A stretch of DNA of 64,000 nucleotides from Alphaproteobacteria bacterium (GTDB lineage Bacteria; Pseudomonadota; Alphaproteobacteria; GCA-2731375): positions 4,864,001 to 4,928,000 of the forward strand of contig CBDDPY010000002.1 of NCBI GenBank assembly GCA_965232515.1. Reading direction: 5' to 3'. This document shows positions 39,365 through 52,047 of the stretch, piece by piece. The notes below the pieces were generated by a model. It did not search any database, was not told the origin of the DNA, and saw nothing but the letters and a program-made list of their open reading frames with translations. A program made the position numbers and the translations under genes. The number at the start of each line of letters is the position of its first letter. Position 1 is the first letter of the stretch.

Positions 39365-40114
39365 TCAGGAACTGTCGGGTCCGAGTTCCATTTTGGCGGC
39401 GCCCAGAACGGGGCCATACATGCCGCGCTGCACGATCACCACGCAGCCGTCGGGGCCGCCCCGGTTCAGGTCGGCCGGGCTCAATGCGATTTCCATCTCG
39501 CGGCCGCGCCAGAGACCGAGATTCCGGACCTCGCGGACCACGTTGTAGTAGCTCAGCTTGCGGCCGGCGTTCTCGCCGCGGCGCACGTCGACATCGTGCT
39601 TCTTGTCGTAGATCGCCAGCCAGACCGAGGCGTCGCCCTGGAAATGGCCGGCCGGAATACGCACCACGATGCGGCCGTTCTCGTCGGTCCGGAACCGGAC
39701 CTTCAACGCCATGCCGGTGTTCTGCCGGGACTTCTCGATCGCCCGCTCGACCGAGCGCCGGTCCGAGCCGACGGCGTGCGTCATGCCGCCGATCACCATC
39801 TGCGGCGTGTAGACGCGCCGGTCGCCCATGGCCGTGGCGTAGCCCCGCTGCCGGTCGGTGCTCTCGGGCGAGGCGAAGGTGTCCTTCCAGCCGATGTAAT
39901 CCCAGTAATCGACGTGGAACGACAGCGCGATCAGGTCGTCCCGCTCGGCCAGCCGGCCCAGATAGGCGTCGGCCGGCGGACAGGAACTGCAGCCCTGGCT
40001 GGTGAACAGCTCGACCACGGTCGGCGAGACCGTATCGGCCGTCTGCGCTTGGGCCGGCGCCCACAGGCCGGTCATCAGCGCGGCCGTGGCGGCAAGTGTC
40101 AGCAATGATTTCAT
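39365..40114 (-). CDS. DUF1223 family secreted thioredoxin-like protein
   Basis: Signal peptide, VVELFTSQGCSSCPPAD, FHVDYWDYIGWKDTF, YTPQMV, GENAGR. Confidence 0.92.
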   Translation of the reverse strand: MKSLLTLAATAALMTGLWAPAQAQTADTVSPTVVELFTSQGCSSCPPADAYLGRLAERDDLIALSFHVDYWDYIGWKDTFASPESTDRQRGYATAMGDRRVYTPQMVIGGMTHAVGSDRRSVERAIEKSRQNTGMALKVRFRTDENGRIVVRIPAGHFQGDASVWLAIYDKKHDVDVRRGENAGRKLSYYNVVREVRNLGLWRGREMEIALSPADLNRGGPDGCVVIVQRGMYGPVLGAAKMELGPDSS

Positions 40115-40297
40115 GCCGGATAACCTAGTCGGCGGCAGGTTCACTAAAAAGTCACGTGTCGGTGATTTTCCTCACCGAAACATAAACGAGCCCACAACAA
40201 TTTTCAGCGTCGCTCAAGGCCGTGACCGCGGCCCGCCGGCTTATCCGGCGCGCCCGCGCAGGCGCGGACCGTTAGGTCCGCTGCCGGGAGCGCAAAA

Positions 40298-42985
<2,688 letters not shown>

Positions 42986-43403
42986 GGCAATCCCCTTTAG
43001 ATATGCGGTGGTCTGCGATCGGGCGCGCGTAGAGCGATAGCGCCGGTCTCGATACCATCAATTGAGCCCATTACGGCTTAGATAACGTGAATTTGGTCGG
43101 AAATCGATGGCGATTTCGCCCCAAATTACCCCGCGATCCCGACACAGGCGCCGGTCGAACAACGCATCACGCGGGCAATCACGGCAAACTGATGCGCTTG
43201 ACCGGCGAAGGCCGGTTACTTTAACTAACGCTCGTCCGTCGCCTTGGCGGCTGGGCGGCGAAGAGCCAGGAAATGGCCGCGAACGATGCCGGCTTTGCCG
43301 GCAGCACGGCGTTCCGAGAGACCGAAAACGGCACGGAGCGGCGGAGAACGGGGCGGGCTGCCGCTGGATGGCGGCCCGACGTAGTGGGAGGCAAGGACTG
43401 CTG

Positions 43404-45377
43404 ATGTCGGATGTGAAGGCGTCGTTGCAGGCGCACGACACGTTCCCGAAACTGCTGCTGCGCAACGCCGGCAAATTCGGCGACCGGCCGGCATTCCGGG
43501 AAAAGGATTATGGCATCTGGCAATCCTGGACCTGGGCCGAGATGGCGGCCGAGATCCGGGCTTTTGCCTGCGGTCTGACGGCGCTCGGCGCCGCCCGCGG
43601 CGACAAGATCGCGATTATCGGCCAGAACCGTCCGCAGCTTTATTGGTCCTTCGACGCCATCCAATGCATTGGCGGCGTGCCGGTGCCGCTCTACGCCGAT
43701 TCCGTGGCCGACGAGATGGCCTACGTGCTCGAGCATGCCGAGGTCCGCATGGCGATCTGCGAGGATCAGGAGCAGGTCGACAAGGTGCTGAGCGTGATGG
43801 ACCGGGTGCCGACGCTCGAGACCGTGGTCTACAAGGACACGCGCGGCATGCGGCACTACCAACAGCCATTTCTGCATGCGCTTGACGACGTGCAGACGCA
43901 GGGCCGCGACTACGACCGCCAGCATCCGGATTTCTTCGAAGGCGAGGTCGCGGCCGGCAAGGGCAGCGACGTCGCCATCATCGCCTATACCTCGGGCACG
44001 ACGGGCAATCCCAAGGGCGTGATGCTCAGCTTCGACAACCTCACAACCTCGTGCCGGCTGGCGATCGAGATGGAGGGATTGACCGAGAAGGAGGAGATTC
44101 TGGCCTACCTGCCGCTGGCCTGGGTCGGCGACCACTTCTTCTCCTACGGCCAACACCATATCGCCGGGTTCACCGTGAACTGCCCTGAGAGCAGCGATAC
44201 GGTGATGATGGACCTGCGCGATATCGGGCCGACCTCGTTCATCGCCCCACCGGCGATCTTCGAGGGTTTCCTGACGCAGATCCAGATCCGCATGGAAGAC
44301 GCGAGCCGCATCAAGCGTCGGCTCTACGGCTTTTTCACCGGGATCGCCAAGCGTTGCGGGCCGGCGATTCTCGACGGCAAGTCGGTCTCGGCCGGCGACC
44401 GGCTGCTCTACAGCATCGGCGAACTGCTGATCTATGGGCCGTTGAAGAACAATCTCGGCCTCAGCCGCATGCGCATCGCCTATACCGGCGGCGCGCCGCT
44501 GGGCGAGGACGTGTTCAGTTTCTACCGCTCGATCGGCATCAACCTGAAACAGCTCTACGGCCAGACCGAGTCCTCGGCTTACGTCTGCATTCAACGCAAC
44601 GGCGGCGTGAAGCCCGACACGGTCGGCCCGCCGGCGCCCGGCGTCGATGTACGCATCACCGACGAGGGCGAGGTGATCTACAAGAGCCCGGGCGCGTTCG
44701 TGGGCTATTTCAAGAACGACGAGGCCACGCGCGAGACCCTCGACGACGAGGGCTGGGTGCATACCGGCGACGCCGGCATCATCGACGACGACGGCCATCT
44801 GAAGGTCATCGACCGCGCCAAGGATGTCGGCCGGCTCAACGACGGCACGCTGTTCGCGCCGCAATATATTGAGAACAAGCTGAAGTTTTTCCCGTACGTC
44901 AAGGAAGCGGTGGCGCACGGCGTCGACCGCAACTACGCCACGGCCTTCGTCAACATCGATCTTGAAGCGGTCAGCAACTGGGCCGAGAAGCGCGGCATCT
45001 CCTACACGAACTACACGGATCTCGCCTCGCGGTCCGAGGTCTACGAATTGATCAAGGGCTGCATCGAGCAGGTGAACACGGCGCTGGCGCAGGATTCCGC
45101 GCTGGTCGGTTCCCAGATCCGCCGCTTCCTGGTGCTGCACAAGGAGCTCGACGCCGACGACGGCGAGCTGACCCGCACCCGCAAGGTTCGCCGCCGCATC
45201 ATCGCCGAGCGCTACAAGCCGATGATCGACGCGCTCTATTCCGACGCCGAGAACGTTTCGGTCGAAACCCAGGTGACCTTCGAGGACGGCCGCACCGGCA
45301 CCATGCGGGCCGATCTCAACATCGCGCCGGCCGAGACCTATGGCGCCGGCGCCGCGCCATCGGCAAAGGCGGCCTGA
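43404..45377 (+). CDS. Long-chain acyl-CoA synthetase (AMP-binding)
   Basis: YTSGTTGNPKG, YLPLAW, YGQTE, HTGDAG, IDRAKD, ELTRTRKVRR. Confidence 0.92.
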   Translation: MSDVKASLQAHDTFPKLLLRNAGKFGDRPAFREKDYGIWQSWTWAEMAAEIRAFACGLTALGAARGDKIAIIGQNRPQLYWSFDAIQCIGGVPVPLYADSVADEMAYVLEHAEVRMAICEDQEQVDKVLSVMDRVPTLETVVYKDTRGMRHYQQPFLHALDDVQTQGRDYDRQHPDFFEGEVAAGKGSDVAIIAYTSGTTGNPKGVMLSFDNLTTSCRLAIEMEGLTEKEEILAYLPLAWVGDHFFSYGQHHIAGFTVNCPESSDTVMMDLRDIGPTSFIAPPAIFEGFLTQIQIRMEDASRIKRRLYGFFTGIAKRCGPAILDGKSVSAGDRLLYSIGELLIYGPLKNNLGLSRMRIAYTGGAPLGEDVFSFYRSIGINLKQLYGQTESSAYVCIQRNGGVKPDTVGPPAPGVDVRITDEGEVIYKSPGAFVGYFKNDEATRETLDDEGWVHTGDAGIIDDDGHLKVIDRAKDVGRLNDGTLFAPQYIENKLKFFPYVKEAVAHGVDRNYATAFVNIDLEAVSNWAEKRGISYTNYTDLASRSEVYELIKGCIEQVNTALAQDSALVGSQIRRFLVLHKELDADDGELTRTRKVRRRIIAERYKPMIDALYSDAENVSVETQVTFEDGRTGTMRADLNIAPAETYGAGAAPSAKAA

Positions 45378-45382
45378 CCCCG

Positions 45383-46216
45383 ATGACCGATATCGCTGCC
45401 GCCACCGACGCGCCGGCCGCCGCCGACGCCGTGCCCGTCACGTCCCAGGGCGAGATCCTGCTCAACGTCGAGAATATCAGCCTGTCATTCGGCGCCGTGC
45501 AGGCGCTGACAGACGTCAGCGTCGCCATCCCGAAAGGCAAGATCTTCTCGATCATCGGCCCGAACGGCGCCGGCAAGACCTCGCTCCTGAACTGTATCAA
45601 CGGCGTCTATCACCCGCAGAAGGGCCGCATCACCTTCAAGGGCCAGACCCGCAGCCAGATGAAGCCGCACGAGGCGGCGGCCCAGGGCATCGCGCGGACC
45701 TTCCAGAACGTGGCGCTGTTCCGCGGCATGACCACGCTCGACAACATCATGACCGGCCGCAACCTGAAGATGGAATCGAACTTCCTGCTGCAGGCGCTGT
45801 GGTGGGGCCCGGCCAAGAAGGAAGAGCTGCGGCATCGCGAGTTCGTCGAGCACATCATCGACTTCCTCGAGATCGAGGCGATCCGCAAGACGCCGGTCGG
45901 CCGGCTGCCGTACGGCCTGCAGAAGCGCGTCGAGCTCGGCCGCGCGCTCGCCGCCGAACCGGACCTCCTGCTGCTCGATGAGCCCATGGCCGGCATGAAT
46001 CTCGAGGAAAAAGAGGACATGTGCCGTTTCGTGCTCGACACCAACGACGAGTTCGGCACCACGATCGCGCTGATCGAGCATGACATGGGCGTGGTCATGG
46101 ACCTGTCCGACCATGTCGCCGTACTGGATTACGGCCGCAAGATCGCCGACGGACCGCCCGACGCGGTCCGCAACGACCCCGATGTCATCGCCGCCTATCT
46201 CGGCGTCAGCCATTGA
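45383..46216 (+). CDS. Liv-type ABC ATP-binding protein (LivG-like)
   Basis: GPNGAGKTS, ARTFQN, LPYGLQKRVELGRA, LDEPMAG, IEHDM, AYLG. Confidence 0.92.
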   Translation: MTDIAAATDAPAAADAVPVTSQGEILLNVENISLSFGAVQALTDVSVAIPKGKIFSIIGPNGAGKTSLLNCINGVYHPQKGRITFKGQTRSQMKPHEAAAQGIARTFQNVALFRGMTTLDNIMTGRNLKMESNFLLQALWWGPAKKEELRHREFVEHIIDFLEIEAIRKTPVGRLPYGLQKRVELGRALAAEPDLLLLDEPMAGMNLEEKEDMCRFVLDTNDEFGTTIALIEHDMGVVMDLSDHVAVLDYGRKIADGPPDAVRNDPDVIAAYLGVSH

Positions 46217-46259
46217 CGCCGTCATGAAGCCGAACATCACGACCTGGAGCCGCTGACCC

Positions 46260-47201
46260 ATGCTTGACGTGATATTCACCGATCCGCTTTTTGCGATCGA
46301 AGTCGTCACCAGCGGGCTGCTGTCCGGCATCATGTATTCGCTGGTGGCGCTCGGTTTCGCCCTGATTTTTAAGGCTTCGGGCATTTTCAATTTCGCCCAG
46401 GGCGCCTTCGTGCTGTTCGCGGCGTTGACCTTCGTCAGCCTGCTGGAGATGGCGCTGGGCGCCGGCTGGAACTGGGGCTTCGCCTTCGTGCTCTGCCTGC
46501 TGGCGGCGCTCGCCGGCATGATCGCCTATGGCATCGCCGTCGAGCGCGTGGTGCTGCGGCCGCTGGTCAATCAGCCGCTGATCATTCTGTTCATGGCCAC
46601 CATCGGCCTCAACTTCTTCACCGAGGGCTTCGCGCAGACGCTCTGGGGCTCTCAGGTGCATCCGCTCGACCTGAAGATCCCCGACGAGCCCTGGCAGGAA
46701 CTGGGCGAGGCCACGGGGCTTTACCTCAGCTATTTCGAGATCATCGCCGCGGTCATCGCCGGCGTTCTCGTGGCCGGCATCGCGCTGTTCTTCAACAAGA
46801 CCAAGGTCGGCCGGGCGCTCCGTGCCGTTTCCGACGATCACCAGGCGGCGATGTCGGTCGGCATTCCGCTGCAGCATATCTGGGCCATCACCTGGGCGGC
46901 CGCCGGCATCATCGCGCTCGTCGCGGGCATGCTCTGGGGCGCCAAGCTCGGCGTGCAGTTCAGCCTGTCGCTGCTGGCGTTGAAAGCTCTGCCGGTGCTG
47001 ATCATCGGCGGTCTCGACTCGATCACCGGCGCCATCGTCGGCGGCCTGATCGTCGGCGCGTCCGAGAAATTCGCCGAGGTCTTCATCGGCTCCTATTTCG
47101 GCGGCGCCATCGAGAACTGGTTCCCCTACATGCTGGCCACGGTCTTCCTGCTGTTCCGGCCGCAGGGCCTGTTCGGCGAAAAGATTATCGACAGGGTCTA
47201 G
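46260..47201 (+). CDS. Liv-type ABC permease (LivH-like)
   Basis: YSLVALGF, FNFAQG, GRALRAV, IIGGLDS, FRPQGLFG. Confidence 0.92.
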   Translation: MLDVIFTDPLFAIEVVTSGLLSGIMYSLVALGFALIFKASGIFNFAQGAFVLFAALTFVSLLEMALGAGWNWGFAFVLCLLAALAGMIAYGIAVERVVLRPLVNQPLIILFMATIGLNFFTEGFAQTLWGSQVHPLDLKIPDEPWQELGEATGLYLSYFEIIAAVIAGVLVAGIALFFNKTKVGRALRAVSDDHQAAMSVGIPLQHIWAITWAAAGIIALVAGMLWGAKLGVQFSLSLLALKALPVLIIGGLDSITGAIVGGLIVGASEKFAEVFIGSYFGGAIENWFPYMLATVFLLFRPQGLFGEKIIDRV

Positions 47202-47205
47202 CCGC

Positions 47206-48270
47206 ATGATTTACCGCGAAGCCGGCCAGTTCAAAACGTCCTACGGCGCCGACGAGGCGATCTTTCCGATCAACCAGGACCGCTGGTTTATCTACGCTTT
47301 CCTGGCCGTGGCCTTTATCGCCGTGCCGATCTTCGCCAGCGAATACCTGCTACATTCGGTCATCATTCCGTTCCTGATCCTGTCGATCGCGGCCATGGGC
47401 CTGAACATCCTGCTGGGCTATTGCGGGCTGATTTCGCTCGGCACCGCGGCCTTCATGGCGGTCGGCGCCTTTGCCGCCTACAAGATCGCCATCGCCGCGC
47501 CCTGGATGCCGATCATCCTGGTGTTCATTATCTCGGGCATCATCACGGCCGTGGTCGGCAGCGTCTTCGGCCTGCCCAGCCTGCGGATCAAGGGCTTTTA
47601 TCTCGCCGTGACCACGCTGGCGGCGCATTTCTTCATCGAATGGACGATCACGCACTTCGGCTGGTTCACCAACTATTCCTCGTCGGGCGTGATCTCGGCG
47701 CCGCCGATGTCGGTCCTCGGCTTTCCCATCGTCAGCGCGGAATCGCGCTACGTCTTTACGCTCGGCTTCGTCGTTGTGCTGGCGCTGTTGATGAAGAACC
47801 TGGTGCGCAGCGAGATCGGCCGCTCCTGGATGGCGATCCGCGACATGGATGTGGCCGCCGAGGTGATCGGCATCCCGATGCTGAAGACCAAGCTCTTGGC
47901 CTTCGCGATCAGCTCGTTTTATTGCGGCGTCTCCGGCGCGCTGTTCGTGTTCGCCTATCTCGGCACGGTCGAGCCGCAGGGTTTCGATATCCTGCGCGCC
48001 TTCGAGGTGCTGTTCATGGTCATCATCGGCGGCCTCGGCAGCGTCATGGGCTCGTTCTTCGGCGCCGCCTTCATCGTCATGCTGCCGATCGCGATCACCA
48101 ATCTGGCGACCGTGTTCGGCACGGCGATTCCGGCCGAAGTGCTGTCGAACGTCGAGCTGATGATCTTCGGTGGTTTGATCATTTTCTTCCTGATCGTCGA
48201 GCCCGCGGGCCTCGCCCGGCTCTGGCAGATCGGGAAGGAAAAGCTCCGTCTCTGGCCGTTCCCGTACTAG
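47206..48270 (+). CDS. Liv-type ABC permease (LivM-like)
   Basis: GLNILLGYCGLISLG, LRIKGFYLAVTTLA, GRSWMAIRD, IIGGLGS. Confidence 0.92.
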   Translation: MIYREAGQFKTSYGADEAIFPINQDRWFIYAFLAVAFIAVPIFASEYLLHSVIIPFLILSIAAMGLNILLGYCGLISLGTAAFMAVGAFAAYKIAIAAPWMPIILVFIISGIITAVVGSVFGLPSLRIKGFYLAVTTLAAHFFIEWTITHFGWFTNYSSSGVISAPPMSVLGFPIVSAESRYVFTLGFVVVLALLMKNLVRSEIGRSWMAIRDMDVAAEVIGIPMLKTKLLAFAISSFYCGVSGALFVFAYLGTVEPQGFDILRAFEVLFMVIIGGLGSVMGSFFGAAFIVMLPIAITNLATVFGTAIPAEVLSNVELMIFGGLIIFFLIVEPAGLARLWQIGKEKLRLWPFPY

Positions 48271-48382
48271 CAGATGGGGATCTGGGCACGGCTGGCCGGG
48301 GTTTGCACCGCATGCTAGGCTGCATGCATCTTCAGAACAGTCCGGCGATCTGTCGATCGACCGGGCGCTAGGGAGGACAATT

Positions 48383-49708
48383 ATGGGAATTCAGAGGTTA
48401 GCTCTGTCGGCCCTGGCCGTTGCCGCGTTCAGCCTTCAGCTCGGCGGACCGGCGGCCGCGCAGGACGAAAAAGACACCCAGTTCTTCGCGATAAACGCCT
48501 ATTGGACCGGTCCCTATGCCGCGGGCGGCTCGGCCTTCGGCGGCGGCATGATCGACTACTACAAGATGCTGAATGCGCGCGACGGCGGCATCAACGGCGT
48601 CAAGATCACCTGGGAGAAGTGCGAGACGCAGTACAAGAACGACCGCATCGTCGAGTGCTATGAGCGGCTGAAGAACCGCGGCGCCGGCCTCGCGCTGTTC
48701 CACCCGATGAGCACCGGCGGCACCTATGCCGTGTTCGAGCGCGCCTGGCAGGACAAGATCCCTGTGTTGACGGTCGGCTATGGCCGCACCGACGGCTCCG
48801 ACGGCCGGGTCTTCCCCTATCTGTTCCCGATGCTGACGAACTACTGGTCGCAGAACACGGCCAAGATCAAGTTCATCGGCATGCAGGAAGGCGGCATGGA
48901 GGGCCTGAAGGGCAAGAAGATCGCCAACGTTCACCATGACTCCGCCTATGGCAAGGAGACCATTCCGGTCCTCGAAAAACAGGCCGAGAAGTACGGCTTC
49001 GAGGTCAAGCACTACCCGGTCGTGCATCCGGGTCTGGACCAGAAGGCGATCTGGCTCCAGATCGGCCGGCAGTACAAGCCCGATTGGGTGATCCTGCGCG
49101 GCTGGGGCGTGATGAACCCGACGGCGCTCAAGGAAGCCAAACGCGTCGGCTTCCCGCGCGACAAGATGGTTGGCGTCTGGTGGTCCGGCGCCGAGGAAGA
49201 CACCGTGCCGGCCGGTGACGCGGCCGAAGGCTACATCGCCGCCGGTTTCCATGGCTCGGGCACCGATTTCGGCGTGGTTCAGGACGTGCTGAAGCATGTC
49301 TACGACGCCGGCGAAGGCGAACTGCCGCGCGAGCGCGTGGGCTCGATCTACTACAACCGGGCGCTGGCCTGGGCGATCGTGTCGTCGGAAGCCGTGCGCG
49401 AGGCCATGAACATGTTCGGCAACCGGCCTGTCAGCGGTGAGGAAGTGCAGCAGGCGCTCGAGAAGCTCGACATGTCGGCCGATCGTATCGCCAAGCTGGG
49501 CGCCACCGGCCTGGTGCCGCCGTTCAAGCTGAGCTGCAAGGACCACGAAGGCGGCGCCGCCGTGAAGTTCCAGCAGTGGAAGGACGGCAAGTGGGTCGAG
49601 ATCACCGACTGGGTCGCGACCGACAGTGCCATGGTCCGGCCGATGATCGAGGCCTCGGCGGCGAAGTACGCCAAGGAAAAAGGCATCAGCCTGCGGTCCT
49701 GCTCGTAA
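48383..49708 (+). CDS. Liv-type ABC substrate-binding protein
   Basis: Signal peptide, TGPYA, NARDGGING, HHDSAYGKE, GWGVM, SCKDHEG; GGGAGG RBS. Confidence 0.9.
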   Translation: MGIQRLALSALAVAAFSLQLGGPAAAQDEKDTQFFAINAYWTGPYAAGGSAFGGGMIDYYKMLNARDGGINGVKITWEKCETQYKNDRIVECYERLKNRGAGLALFHPMSTGGTYAVFERAWQDKIPVLTVGYGRTDGSDGRVFPYLFPMLTNYWSQNTAKIKFIGMQEGGMEGLKGKKIANVHHDSAYGKETIPVLEKQAEKYGFEVKHYPVVHPGLDQKAIWLQIGRQYKPDWVILRGWGVMNPTALKEAKRVGFPRDKMVGVWWSGAEEDTVPAGDAAEGYIAAGFHGSGTDFGVVQDVLKHVYDAGEGELPRERVGSIYYNRALAWAIVSSEAVREAMNMFGNRPVSGEEVQQALEKLDMSADRIAKLGATGLVPPFKLSCKDHEGGAAVKFQQWKDGKWVEITDWVATDSAMVRPMIEASAAKYAKEKGISLRSCS

Positions 49709-49725
49709 GGCAAGGAAATGCCGCA

Positions 49726-49763
49726 GCCCTCACCGCCGATCGTGCGCGCTCGGCGGTGAGGGC
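49726..49763 (+). terminator. Strong intra-operon hairpin after the binding-protein gene (mRNA stabiliser or partial terminator)
   Basis: GCCCTCACCGCCGA (49726-49739) / TCGGCGGTGAGGGC (49750-49763), 14-bp perfect stem, no U-tract. Confidence 0.5.
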
Positions 49764-49810
49764 GGCAGCGCCTGCCTCTCGGTCCAAAGTCAAAGGCAAT
49801 AGAGTAAGTT

Positions 49811-50620
49811 ATGACCACCGAGCCCCTGCTGTCGGTCAACAACATCGAGGTCATCTACGACCACGTAATCCTTGTCCTGAAGGGGGTCTCGCTGTCGGTG
49901 CCCGAGGGCGGCGTCGTCGCGTTGCTCGGAGCCAACGGCGCCGGTAAGACGACGACGCTGAAATCGATTTCCAACCTGCTGCAATCCGAGCGTGGCGAGG
50001 TCACCAAGGGCGTGATCACATATGGCGGCGACAAGGTCAACGGCCTGCCGCCGTCCGAAATGGTCAAGCGCGGCGTCGTCCAGGTCATGGAAGGCCGCCA
50101 CTGCTTCGAGCACCTTACCGTCGAGGAGAACCTGCTGACCGGCGCCTATACCCGCGGCGACGGCCGCGCCGCGGTGCAGCAGGATCTCGATCTGGTCTAC
50201 ACCTATTTCCCGCCGCTCGCCGAGCGCCGCGAAAGCCAGGCCGGCTATATCTCAGGTGGCGAGCAGCAGATGACGGCGATCGGCCGCGCGTTGATGGCCA
50301 AGCCGCGGCTCATTCTGCTGGACGAGCCGTCCATGGGCCTGGCGCCGCAGCTGGTCGAGCAGATCTTCGAGATCGTCTCGCGCCTGAACACGGAAGTCGG
50401 CGTCAGCTTCCTGCTGGCCGAGCAGAACGCCACGGCCGCGCTGCGCTTCGCGGATTACGGCTATGTGCTGGAAAACGGCCGCGTGGTGCTGGACGGCGAC
50501 GGTAAGGCGCTGTCGGAGAACGAGGACGTGAAGGAATTCTATCTCGGCTTCTCCGGCGGCGACCGCAAGAGTTTCCGGGACGTCAAGCATTACCGTCGGC
50601 GCAAACGCTGGCTGGCCTGA
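49811..50620 (+). CDS. Liv-type ABC ATP-binding protein (LivF-like)
   Basis: GANGAGKTT, ISGGEQQM, LDEPSMGLAP, AEQN, FYLG. Confidence 0.92.
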   Translation: MTTEPLLSVNNIEVIYDHVILVLKGVSLSVPEGGVVALLGANGAGKTTTLKSISNLLQSERGEVTKGVITYGGDKVNGLPPSEMVKRGVVQVMEGRHCFEHLTVEENLLTGAYTRGDGRAAVQQDLDLVYTYFPPLAERRESQAGYISGGEQQMTAIGRALMAKPRLILLDEPSMGLAPQLVEQIFEIVSRLNTEVGVSFLLAEQNATAALRFADYGYVLENGRVVLDGDGKALSENEDVKEFYLGFSGGDRKSFRDVKHYRRRKRWLA

Positions 50621-50698
50621 CCGTTCCGTCGATGCACGGCCGCCGCCTCACGCTGCGGCCGTCGTTACCTATGGTCATCTGACAAGGGGCCCGAGACC

Positions 50699-51943
50699 AT
50701 GAGCGGCGCTGACACCTATTACGACGATCTCGAAACCCGCGATCCGGCGGCGCGTGAGGCCGCGCAGATGGACGCGCTCAGCAGTCAGATCGCCCACGCC
50801 AAGCGGAATTCCGACTATTACGGACGCATCTTCGCCGACGTTGAGCCCGGCGAGATCAACAACCGCGAGTCGCTGGCGCAATTGCCGGTGCTGCGCAAAT
50901 CAGATCTTGCCGCGACGCAGAAGGCGGCGCCGCCGTTGGGCGGCCTCAACGCCGTGCCGCTGACCAAGCTGCGGCACATCTTCGCCTCGCCCGGCGGCAT
51001 CTACGAGCCCGATGGCTATGCCAAGGATTATTGGCGCTTCGGCCGGGCGCTCTGGGCCGCCGGCGTGCGGCCGGGCGACATCGTCCACAATACGTTTTCC
51101 TATCACCTGACGCCGGCGGCGCAGCTCGTCGAGAGCGGCGCGCACGCCATCGGCTGTCCCGTATTTCCCGGCGGCGTCGGCAATACCGAGATCCAGATCC
51201 AGGTGATCGCCGATGTCGGCTGCACGGTCTATGCCGGCACGCCGTCCTTCCTGCGCATTCTGCTGCAGAAGGCGAAGGAGGCGGGCACGGACATCTCCTG
51301 CCTGAAGAAAGGCCTGGTCGGCGGTGAGGCGCTGCCGCCCAGCCTACGGCAGGAGCTCTCGGGCTACGGCGTCGATGTCCTGCAGTCCTATGGCACAGCG
51401 GACCTCGGATCCGTCGCCTACGAGTCGTCGGCCATGGAAGGCATGATCATCGACGAGGGCGTGCTGGTCGAGATCGTGCAGCCGGGCACCGGCGATCCGG
51501 TCGCCGAAGGCGAGGTCGGCGAGGTCGTCGTCACCACCTTCAGCGAGGTCTATCCGCTGATCCGGTTCGCCACCGGCGACCTCTCGGCCGTGCTGCCCGG
51601 CGCCAGCCCCTGCGGCCGCACCAACATGCGCATCAAGGGCTGGATGGGTCGGGCCGACCAGTCGACCAAGGTCAAGGGCATGTTCGTGCATCCGAGCCAG
51701 GTGATGGACGTCGCCCGGCGCCATCCCGAGATCAAGGGCGCGCGCCTGGTCGTCGACAGCGTCGACAACACCGACGTCATGACCTTGAGATGTGTCGTCG
51801 AGGCCGGCGACGAGAGCCTGAGCCAGGCCATCGCCGAGAGCATCCAGACGGTTACCAAGCTGCGTGGCGGCGTCGAGTTCGTCGCCGCCGACGCTCTCCC
51901 GGCCGACGGCAAGGTCATCGACGACATCCGCAGCTACGAGTGA
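50699..51943 (+). CDS. Phenylacetate--CoA ligase family protein (PaaK-like)
   Basis: LPVLRKSDL, GTPSFL, SYGTADLG, YPLIRFATGDL, GRADQSTKVKGMFVHP. Confidence 0.88.
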   Translation: MSGADTYYDDLETRDPAAREAAQMDALSSQIAHAKRNSDYYGRIFADVEPGEINNRESLAQLPVLRKSDLAATQKAAPPLGGLNAVPLTKLRHIFASPGGIYEPDGYAKDYWRFGRALWAAGVRPGDIVHNTFSYHLTPAAQLVESGAHAIGCPVFPGGVGNTEIQIQVIADVGCTVYAGTPSFLRILLQKAKEAGTDISCLKKGLVGGEALPPSLRQELSGYGVDVLQSYGTADLGSVAYESSAMEGMIIDEGVLVEIVQPGTGDPVAEGEVGEVVVTTFSEVYPLIRFATGDLSAVLPGASPCGRTNMRIKGWMGRADQSTKVKGMFVHPSQVMDVARRHPEIKGARLVVDSVDNTDVMTLRCVVEAGDESLSQAIAESIQTVTKLRGGVEFVAADALPADGKVIDDIRSYE

Positions 51944-52005
51944 CGCCTCACTGTTCGCTTCGGCTTTCAAATCCGTGAAGGAACGCGATCGGCCGTCGCC
52001 ATCGG

Positions 52006-52032
52006 CGTCATTCCGGCGAAGGCCAGAATCCA
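52006..52032. repeat. Single REP-like palindrome (CGTCATTCCGGCGAAGGCCAGAATCCA)
   Basis: GTCATT-hairpin-AATCCA layout, shared with the left arm of the element at 61797. Confidence 0.6.
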
Positions 52033-52047
52033 AATGACATCGCCAAC

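Noticed and set aside
38544-40064. 506-aa ORF as a nitroreductase fusion, or the nitroreductase as BluB
   Set aside because: The upstream part overlaps the DUF1223 gene in another frame and crosses a terminator; the enzyme has RRSVR and APSGTNTQPW rather than BluB-type RRDVR and APSVG motifs, and lies outside the cob cluster
42986-43403. AT-richer acnA / acyl-CoA ligase intergenic region as an sRNA or CtrA-box site
   Set aside because: No convincing terminator, stable multi-hairpin unit or full TTAA-N7-TTAA match; consistent with ordinary divergent promoters
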